From Mesotaenium endlicherianum (taxonomy: Eukaryota), in the NCBI GenBank assembly GCA_009602735.1, contig WELA01001229.1, positions 61,997-81,996 of the forward strand: a stretch of DNA of 20,000 nucleotides, written 5' to 3'. The notes below the pieces were generated by a model. The model searched no databases. It was not told where the DNA came from and saw only the letters and a list, made by a program, of their open reading frames with translations. A program made the translations under genes and the position numbers. Positions 1 through 7,186 of the stretch are shown one piece after another (the stretch's first letter is position 1; each line of letters starts with the position of its first letter).

Positions 1-125
1 CTCAAACTCATTGGGGCTGGAACGTCGTCTTCAACGGGGGTCTCCACCTCACTTGGCGTGTTGCCTTCTCGTGAAGTGGGTCTTGGGGTGGTAGGCTCCT
101 GGCCTACCGGCGCTGTCCGTTTTTT
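1..125 (-). CDS. pol: N-terminal part of pol (pre-protease) in the -1 frame relative to gag, partial
   Basis: The -1 frame from A AAA AAC reads KKRTAPVGQEPTTPRPTSREGNTPSEVETPVEDDVPAPMSL with no stop. It joins the MSLRGYLGG...VDSGA protease seen in A2. Confidence 0.8.
90..125 (-). promoter_or_regulatory. Putative -1 ribosomal frameshift signal (A AAA AAC plus hairpin)
   Basis: Heptamer at 125-119 is in gag phase. A 7-bp stem GGTAGGC/GCCTACC (108-90) with a 5-nt loop lies 10 nt downstream. Confidence 0.7.
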
Positions 126-1384
126 GACAACTTTTTGGGGCATGAAAGTGCACGATGGCCCTTTTCCTTGCAATAGAAGCATAGTCCAGCCGTCATGAGA
201 GCTTCTTTTTCAGCCGGGGAGAGTCTTGCTTTCACTCCTTGCTGGTTTCTTGCATCATAAGTGTCATTGGAGGGTCTTCCACTCTTCCGGGCAGCCGCGG
301 GGTCCCTTTTAATAACTCCGATTTCCATGGGTGTGGGTCCAGATTCGGATGTGGAAGGGGCTGCGTACACCCGCGTCGTCGGTACCCGTGAAGATGAAGG
401 CACGGAGTGCTTGAAATCCAAGGTATCCACCTTTTGGGCCACTTCAATGATCTTTGAGAAGTCCGTCAAGTCGCGTAACTCCACTTCCTTTGCCACCTTG
501 GGTTTGAGGCCAAAGATGTAACGGTCAATCTTCTCCTCGAGAGACATGTTGGGGATCTCAAGAGTGAGGGCGTGAAATCTGGATGTATACTCTTGAACGG
601 ACGTCGTTTGCTTGAGATGGTGGAGCTTTCCTCGGGCAATCTTCTCCGCATTGATGGGCATGAATTGCTTCTTGAGGGCCTCACGAAAATCTGCCCATCT
701 TGCATATGATGGTGGGGGCTCTTGGCCGAGCATGGGGTGCGCCATAGCTTGATATATAGCCGCTTGATAGTTACGCCACCATGATGTTGCTGCTCCTCTA
801 AGTAAGGTAACGGCAAAGGGAACGTAGTCCTCCTCGGGTACTTCAAGGAATGCGAGGTACGTCTCCACTTGGTAGAGCCATAAATTCAGGTTGGCACCTT
901 TCCCGGGGTTGAAAGTGTCGGGTTTGCCGGGCTTGATGAGTTTCCTTGCTCTCGTTGGCTCTTGTGGAGGCGCTTGAGCCGGGGCTGGATTTTGAGCATT
1001 GCTCGCAATAGGGGCAACCATGGCAGCCATAGCTTCTCTTGACGCTTGCACGGTTGCTTCATAGGTGGCCAAGCCCACTTGGTTGTGGACGGTCATTAGG
1101 AAGGCTGCCCACTCATTTGCGGGAACTCCTTGTGGTGGGGTCAACTTTGCTATAGCGGCTGCCACGGGATTTGACGGTGCTCCTCCTTGTGGTGCTTCTT
1201 GTTGTTGGAGATTTCCTTGAGTAGGCTCTCCCATCGACGCTGGAGGAGGGTGTGCTCCTCCTTGTGGTGCTTCTTGTTGTTGCAGATTTTCTTGAGTGGG
1301 CTCTCCCATCGGCGCTGGAGGAGGGTGTCTTGGAGAGGAAGGGCTTCCTTCGAAAGCTTGCTGTTGGTCTTGAGGATCGGCCAT
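104..1384 (-). CDS. gag: Gag polyprotein (426 aa), family A
   Basis: Retrotransposon gag core (LLRGAATSWW, LKQTTSVQEYTSRF), PTPMEIG motif and CCHC knuckle CFYCKEKGHRALSC. Starts just after the PBS. Confidence 0.95.
   Translation of the reverse strand: MADPQDQQQAFEGSPSSPRHPPPAPMGEPTQENLQQQEAPQGGAHPPPASMGEPTQGNLQQQEAPQGGAPSNPVAAAIAKLTPPQGVPANEWAAFLMTVHNQVGLATYEATVQASREAMAAMVAPIASNAQNPAPAQAPPQEPTRARKLIKPGKPDTFNPGKGANLNLWLYQVETYLAFLEVPEEDYVPFAVTLLRGAATSWWRNYQAAIYQAMAHPMLGQEPPPSYARWADFREALKKQFMPINAEKIARGKLHHLKQTTSVQEYTSRFHALTLEIPNMSLEEKIDRYIFGLKPKVAKEVELRDLTDFSKIIEVAQKVDTLDFKHSVPSSSRVPTTRVYAAPSTSESGPTPMEIGVIKRDPAAARKSGRPSNDTYDARNQQGVKARLSPAEKEALMTAGLCFYCKEKGHRALSCPKKLSKNGQRR
1177..1328 (-). repeat. 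Tandem duplication 2 x 75 bp in the gag N-terminus
   Basis: Encodes HPPPA(P/S)MGEPTQ(E/G)NLQQQEAPQGGA twice, with period 75. Confidence 0.95.
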
Positions 1385-1404
1385 CTTCTTGTGCTACCAA
1401 AGTG

Positions 1405-1420
1405 CCTAGCTCCGATACCA
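1405..1420 (-). promoter_or_regulatory. Primer binding site, tRNA-iMet type (TGGTATCGGAGCTAGG)
   Basis: 1 nt from the LTR end. Matches the plant iMet PBS TGGTATCAGAGCCAGG at 14/16 positions. Confidence 0.9.
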
Positions 1421-1421
1421 C

Positions 1422-1924
1422 TGTAGTGAAACAGATAGATAAAGTACTTAGTAAAACAGAATACTTTATCTATTCAAGACAAGGATCTTTGAACACAAGT
1501 GGTAGCTTCTTGAAAGAGAGATGGCTTCTTGAAAGTTAATATATTTCTGGATTTTGGCAAGTACAAGAGTGATTCTGGAATGTCTTTCTATGTTCTAGCT
1601 CTTGTTTATATACTTGCTACATAAGTAATTTCTAGGAAGGTGTATGTTGATGTGTTGGCACCCAACACATCCCAAAACTTGCCACCTCTTTCTAGAATAA
1701 TGTACACATGTCCTTTTGACCTAAAAATGGCACATCTGACTTTTGCCACATGGAGTTCTTCTAGGTCTTTCCTCTAACTTCGAAAATGCCTTGGAAGGTT
1801 CAAAGGACATGAACCAAGTTACTAGAGTACCTATTCACACTTGACTCCACACCATACTACTTCAAATATATTTGAAAACATTAAAATATATGCAAACTAA
1901 TGTATAATAACTCAAATCACTACA
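1422..1924 (-). repeat. 5' LTR of A1 (503 bp)
   Basis: Termini TGTAGTGA...TCACTACA. About 15 mismatches to 10489-10991 by manual count. PBS is adjacent. Confidence 0.97.
1605..1612 (-). promoter_or_regulatory. Candidate TATA box of the A LTR (TATATAAA)
   Basis: Consensus TATA in element orientation, conserved in the A2 LTR. Confidence 0.55.
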
Positions 1925-2530
1925 CAAGAGCAGCAGGCTGAAGTCAATTTGGTCAGCCTGTTGACTTGGATCAGCTTGCTGACACATTCTTTGACAGTCA
2001 GCTGGCTGCCATACTCGGCAGCAGCGAACTGCCTAGCTATGCATCTAAGTGTGGTGTGCTAGATAAGTGGCTTGATGACACCCTTAAGGTGGATGGCGAT
2101 TCGGGATGATGGGAGATGACTGTGGATTTGGTTAGCCGAGGTCCTACCAACGTGGTTAATTCCCGGGTAGGCGGTGCCATCGCACTGGCCGTTGAACAAT
2201 AAACTCATTTCATGTACATATGCTAGGTATTGCTCTCGAGTTCGGCATTCAAAAACGAGGCCAACTCTCTTGTACTGCTTACTGAGAGAAATCTGAATCC
2301 AAGGCGAGAAGCCATTGATACGCACTGTCTTCTAGCCTTGCTTAAATATGAGTTTACTGATTGCATTATTGATGCTTGTTTACTTGCATTTGACTTACGA
2401 GTATTGTTTGCTGCTAGCGTGTTATCTATTGCTGTTTAATCAATTTTACAGAAAGAACCACAAAGATTACTCGTTGATATAAAGATCTTTATTAACTGTA
2501 AATCGCCCATTGGTAAGTCAAATCATTTCG
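1925..2530 (+). repeat. 3' portion of the 5' LTR of element B
   Basis: Aligns with 15400-15999 of the C LTR. Ends TCATTTCG (CA changed to CG) before the PBS. Confidence 0.9.
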
Positions 2531-2531
2531 G

Positions 2532-2543
2532 TGGTATCGGAGC
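2532..2543 (+). promoter_or_regulatory. Primer binding site, tRNA-iMet type (TGGTATCGGAGC)
   Basis: Directly after the LTR end and 20 nt before the gag ATG. Confidence 0.9.
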
Positions 2544-2563
2544 AGTTATCACAGTAGTCGTGT

Positions 2564-4015
2564 ATGGTAAGGACTAAGTCTCACACTAGCAACTCTCGAG
2601 AAATGGAGGGCGAGGACAATAATAACATTGTAGAAGGGCAGGACGAAAGTCGCATCTTTGGACCTCGTACCTACTTGGAAACGCTGCACGACGCAAGAGC
2701 TAGAGAAGCTGCTGAGCAGGCAGCAGCTCTTATTGCAGTAGCAGCCCAAATGGCTGAGGATGAGCGTTTAGCCCAAAAGGTAAAGGAGGCAGTAAAGAGG
2801 AGGGCCCCTGATGAAAGGACGGTGGAAGAGCAGACGGCAGAAAGGGCCAATCTCCAAAACCAACCTCGTGTTGTGCCTATTGTCATACCTTTCCCTCAAA
2901 TTTGCAGACAGTTGAGCGCATCAGGCATAGCCGGAGCGGCAGCGATTGGGAATGCCGAAGCTGCTACTAATCAAGCTAATGTTACTGCTGCTGCGTTTGC
3001 TGGGCTACCACCTCAGACTGTAAATCTGGGAATCTTATTTGTTCAGATGCAATGGCAAATGACGAGCATGTATCAGTCCCAACAGGAGAACAAAAGGATC
3101 ATGATGGCATTGCTGCGTGACAGAGACCAACTGGGTTCTCAAATCACTCGTAGTGGTGGCAGCGGGCCTAGTAAGCCTAAGCCAAAACCTCCCCAAGACT
3201 ACGATCCTGAGAGAAACAAGAAGTATTACCTGATCAAGTTTCTCGCTGATGTTATGCAGTGGCTGGAGAACTACCCAAAACTGCAAGATTACAAGAAAGT
3301 CAGGCACACTGGTGCTCTATTGAAAGGCAGTGCAGCAAACTGGTGGCTGTATTGGAAAGGAGAGCGTAAGGCTCCACAACTCGGTGAGCCCACTTGGGTA
3401 GAGTTTGTCGAGAAGCTGCACGAGAAGTTTGATGTTATCAATCAACAGGAGAAAGCTATCTATGCAATGATCTCCTTGACACTGGAGCAGACCACTTCAG
3501 TTGCTGAGTTTGCTCAAAAGTTCCAAGAGAACATGATGAAGCAACCAAAGTTGCCAGAGAAGTATAGGATAGCATACTTCAGGTATGGCTTGGAATCCGA
3601 AGTCTCAGGTCATTTTGCTGAAGTGAAGTATGAGCAACTGGCTGACTTGATCCAGGATGCTGATGCCTGGGATCAGCAGCAATTCAATCACAAGCGCCAG
3701 AGTAATGCTTTGGTGTCTAAGGTTGTCAAAAAGCCCCACGGTTCCTACAATGCAATTGAAGGAGACCAGGCTAAGGATGATCAGGGTGATGAATATGGGT
3801 ATGAGTACAATGCTATGCAGTCCAGAGGGAGAGGTGGTTACTCTCGAGGCGGCTATGGAAGAGGTGGTGATACGATTAAGCCGGGACCAGCCTCAGCAAA
3901 CTTGATTTGCTTCCATTGCCAGCAGACTGGTCACTTCAGAGAGCAGTGTCCAGACAAGCACCTCCCAAAGGTCAAGAGAAAAAACCAACCTCTAAAAGGC
4001 AGCAACTGTCAGTAA
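2564..4015 (+). CDS. gag: Gag polyprotein (483 aa), family B
   Basis: LLKGSAANWW and LEQTTSVAEFAQKF gag core, RGG-rich tract, CCHC knuckle CFHCQQTGHFREQC. Confidence 0.93.
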   Translation: MVRTKSHTSNSREMEGEDNNNIVEGQDESRIFGPRTYLETLHDARAREAAEQAAALIAVAAQMAEDERLAQKVKEAVKRRAPDERTVEEQTAERANLQNQPRVVPIVIPFPQICRQLSASGIAGAAAIGNAEAATNQANVTAAAFAGLPPQTVNLGILFVQMQWQMTSMYQSQQENKRIMMALLRDRDQLGSQITRSGGSGPSKPKPKPPQDYDPERNKKYYLIKFLADVMQWLENYPKLQDYKKVRHTGALLKGSAANWWLYWKGERKAPQLGEPTWVEFVEKLHEKFDVINQQEKAIYAMISLTLEQTTSVAEFAQKFQENMMKQPKLPEKYRIAYFRYGLESEVSGHFAEVKYEQLADLIQDADAWDQQQFNHKRQSNALVSKVVKKPHGSYNAIEGDQAKDDQGDEYGYEYNAMQSRGRGGYSRGGYGRGGDTIKPGPASANLICFHCQQTGHFREQCPDKHLPKVKRKNQPLKGSNCQ

Positions 4016-5081
4016 TCCAGTCTACTGACTGTGAGGATGCTAGACATAGTGAGTCGTCACTAGCTGCCCTCGTAGCAGGTATTATGGGTCCTGCTGAACT
4101 GGATTCACTATGCATGCCTGACAACTAGATAAAGGAGACCATCAGCAATATAGATCTCCAGAGAGTGCACACTCTGGATGATCTTGTTCCACCTGGTGTC
4201 CAACATTTCTTTGCTAAGTCAGGAGAACAATGCGAAAGTCAGGAAAAGACAGTCCCCCCTATCCTACTGCATTGCATGATTGCAGGTAGGAAGGTGAGGG
4301 CATTTGTTGACGGAGGGGCGTCACATACTTTTATCCATAAGGACTTAGTTAAGCGACTAAGGCTGCCTACTGTCACCCAAGGGAATAGAAAAATATTCCT
4401 TGGAGATGCCTCAAGTATCCCGGGAGGAATTATAACCAAGCCTATTAAGGTCCAGTTAGGTTCTGGCATTGCAGTTCTAACTGAAACGCTTATACTTGAA
4501 GTACTCAACACTGGCTTCTATGATCTTGTGCTAGGCAGGTCCTGGCTTGATAGACATCATCAAGCTGAAGTGTGTTGGAGCAGAGGTACAGTTAAAGTGA
4601 GAGGAGCCAGTGATGGGCAGACTAACTTGGCACCCACCAGTGCTCTTCCTCTTGTCCTGTATGGATGGCAAATGAAGGAAAAGGAGAGGCTTCCAGGAGG
4701 ATACAAATTGTTGAATGCAATGGAGTTCATCGAAAATTGGAACCAGAAGGAAGACAGAATGTTCTGTTTGCTGCTAAGAGAGGTACCTCCTCAACCTAAA
4801 GAAGTGGTTGAGGAAAAGGTAAGCCCTCCAGAGCACCCTACTGCTGCAAAAATTGTTGCTCAGTTAACTGATGTTTTCAATATGCCTCCAGGACTACCCC
4901 CTAAGAGGGAAGTGGATCACAGGATTGACTTATTACCTGGGAGTCAGGCACCCTGGCAACGCACTTATGCCTTGTCTTATGTGGAGAGCGAAGAGTTGAA
5001 AACACAAAATGCAGAGCTTGAGGAAAATGGTTACATTTCCCCCAGTAAATCACCTTGTGGCGCACCCATCCTCTTTGTTAA
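3991..5081 (+). pseudogene. pol: pol 5' part (aspartic protease and RT N-terminus), disrupted
   Basis: In the -1 frame to gag. TAG at 4126-4128 (CAG in copy C). Motifs [30 protein letters not shown] and SPCGAPILFV, then cut by the insertion. Confidence 0.92.
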
Positions 5082-5117
5082 CACTAGGTCTCCCAAGGAA
5101 AAGACCATATATGGTCC
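5082..5117. repeat. Left terminus: 8-bp TIR plus subterminal palindrome GACCATATATGGTC (5103-5116)
   Basis: The same palindrome occurs twice at the other end. A degenerate copy GGACCATATGGGTCC lies at 5450-5464. Confidence 0.9.
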
Positions 5118-5758
5118 AATAATGCACCCTCGAAGTCACACTATATTGAAATAACCACTGAAGCTATGACTATGTGCGATAGACCGTTAGAGAGCTTACA
5201 TCACAAAGTATTGCACTGGCCATGTGGCCCGCAATTTTCGGAAAGGTTAGGTGTACTTTCCGTACAAGGTGTGTACGGTAACAAAAAACGAGCAAATAGG
5301 GCCAACTTTACCTTCACACACTATGAATTTGGATTTGAACCAGTAGTTGTTGATTTAATCTGGGGTAGGCATGTGCCTTACCTATCATATGAAACAGATT
5401 TCACTTCATTCTAATCAGTGGCTTTGTGGAGGCACACTCTGTACTTAGTGGACCATATGGGTCCGGGTATTTTTTGTACTTTTTAGTGCCTCATGCACCA
5501 AAGCATCACAGTTAATAATTCATAATTTATTCCTTACACATGCAAATAGTAATTTGTAAAGTGGAGCTTGAAAGTAAAGTCTTACTTTACTTACAAAAAA
5601 ATATTCATATACAAAATAATGAATTAAAATGATTAAAAATGAATTATTAGTTGCAAAACATCGCAGAATCGACATCTTTGCACACATGAAGCTGAACTGT
5701 TTATGGAGCACAATGTCTTTCATATATGTTTCTGTTGCAATTCCTTTGCTCTATAGTC

Positions 5759-6899
5759 CTACTTCTTACTGCTACTCAGCTTGTAGGGGCCACTATCTAC
5801 ATGTGCTATGTGCCTGTTGGTATGGTACTCCTCAAAGCAAGGCGCGGGGCAAAGCGCTACTCCACACGTTGCGCACCAATAGCTAGGCCTCACCTTACTC
5901 TTCTCATAGCCTAGGTCATACAACTTGCTCCTGCACACTACACATCCTGGTTTAGAGCCTTCTGGAAGGTGCTCAGGGAAGTGTCTCCCTGAGAACCTGT
6001 CAATCCCAGCCCGCCCCGCACTCCAGCGAAAGCGCCTCCCCTTATGTGGATCATGGAAGTCTGTCATCTCCGCTACAACATCTAACATGAAGGGATACCT
6101 GTCACTCTCAGGATGGGCCAGGTTGTAGAGGATGTAGGCATCGGCTAGGGCAGCATCAAATAGACCTCAATGTAGTTTGTGCCACCACTTTAAGCTCACA
6201 GCAGAAGTCTCGACAAAGAACTTATCTCTCACACAGAGCTTGTAAAATTGATCAACAGCGTCTTTGTGTGTTTTGTAGTGCACCACAATGTTTGGAGTAG
6301 TTATGGTTAAGGAGAAATTATGGTTATGGAGCAGTTGCCCTTCTCCTCCTCTCCCTTTTCTCATTTTTAACTGTAGGAACAATGAGCATCAGCTGCTTAC
6401 CTCTTCCGGTGTCAGGCCTGCCCCTCTTCCTCATAATATCCTCCTCCTCCTCCTCCTCCTCCTCCTCTTCTTCCTCCTCCTCCTTATCCTCCTCACCATC
6501 ACTAGACCTTGGCTGTGAGTCATCATTTGGATCTTAGGAGGACGAAATTAGACTGTGACCCTCATTCTCCCTCGAATTTGAAAGCAAGGAGGCCCCTGAG
6601 GAAACCAAGCCAAAACGAACTACACGCGGCTCGAAATAAAACCTGGACTCTTCAGGCACTGTAGATAGGTACTGCCTGACCTGCCATGCCTCCCAGTGCT
6701 TCTTTTCTTTTTCATACAACACTTCTATGGAGTTCTCCTTTTAAGTCCTCACAACCTCTTTTCTCACAATTCCGACTAAGAAAAACTCTATGTAATACTG
6801 TCCAAATGTCTTTTTCGCCCATGCATCTCCCCAGAAGGTGGCAGGGATGAGTAATTTACCACCCACAACTATTTTTGGCGCATTTGAAGAAGAAGCCAT
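5759..6899 (-). pseudogene. piggyBac transposase remnant: N-terminal part (6899-6324) joined to the C-terminal part (about 6300-5759), most of the catalytic core deleted
   Basis: PNIVVHYKTHKDAVDQFY...SLKWWHKLH*GLFDAALADAYILY resembles the piggyBac YNxxKGGVD..KWW..NAYILY block. Cys-rich domain CVVC-x-CATCGVALCPAPCFEEYH. GCCATGG start at 6899. In-frame stops at 6743-6741, 6536-6534 and 6169-6167. Confidence 0.88.
6439..6495 (-). repeat. (GAG)n trinucleotide tract encoding poly-Glu
   Basis: (TCC)n run on the + strand, in frame with the transposase N-terminal acidic region. Confidence 0.9.
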
Positions 6900-7133
6900 G
6901 GCTCTAAGAGCTTTTCAGTGACCTCGAGTATGACGGACTTTTCACTTGAGATTTCGTTGTGAACCTGAACTTTGAACCTCCTTCTTTTGACTCTATGTCG
7001 TTAATGATCGGAAGACCATTTTGCATTTTTTCGCCTAAGGTTCAAGTATGTACGGTTCGTTTGAGCCATAGATTGTACCAGTTGGTCAATTGTAGCACCC
7101 TGGAGGTCAGCGCTGAAAAATGGAGGTTAGCTA

Positions 7134-7182
7134 GACCATATATGGTCCGAGGACCATATATGGTCCGATAAGATACCTAGTG
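7134..7182. repeat. Right terminus: two tandem palindromes (period 18) plus 8-bp TIR
   Basis: GACCATATATGGTCCGA at 7134-7150 and 7152-7168. ACCTAGTG at 7175-7182. Confidence 0.92.
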
Positions 7183-7186
7183 TTAA

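Larger units (their letters stand above)
1..1924 (-). mobile_element. Ty3/gypsy LTR retrotransposon, family A copy A1 (5' part: LTR-PBS-gag-start of pol; continues off the left edge)
   Basis: On the minus strand: LTR 1924-1422, PBS 1420-1405, gag ATG at 1384. Bases 1-15 equal 15229-15243 (protease start of A2). Confidence 0.95.
5082..7182 (-). mobile_element. piggyBac-like DNA transposon, non-autonomous deletion derivative (2101 bp)
   Basis: TTAA TSD at 5078-5081 and 7183-7186. TIR CACTAGGT/ACCTAGTG. Removing it restores RT codons FVKKK as in copy C near 18568-18582. Contains transposase remnants. Confidence 0.95.

Noticed and set aside
2059..2325. Antisense ORF in B-family LTRs (also 15517-15714)
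   Set aside because: The shared peptide follows from LTR nucleotide similarity. The starts differ and there is no recognisable domain.
5082..5154. C-terminal tail of ORF 4165-5154 as genuine pol sequence
   Set aside because: It is read-through into the piggyBac end. RT resumes at 7187.
6371..6400. 30-nt intron GTAAGC...CCTACAG on the minus strand of the transposase
   Set aside because: Very short, a multiple of 3 and readable in frame without a stop. Not supportable without transcripts.
5082..7182. CACTA/EnSpm transposon
   Set aside because: The TSD is the 4-bp TTAA, confirmed by the empty site in copy C, and the protein remnants are piggyBac-type.
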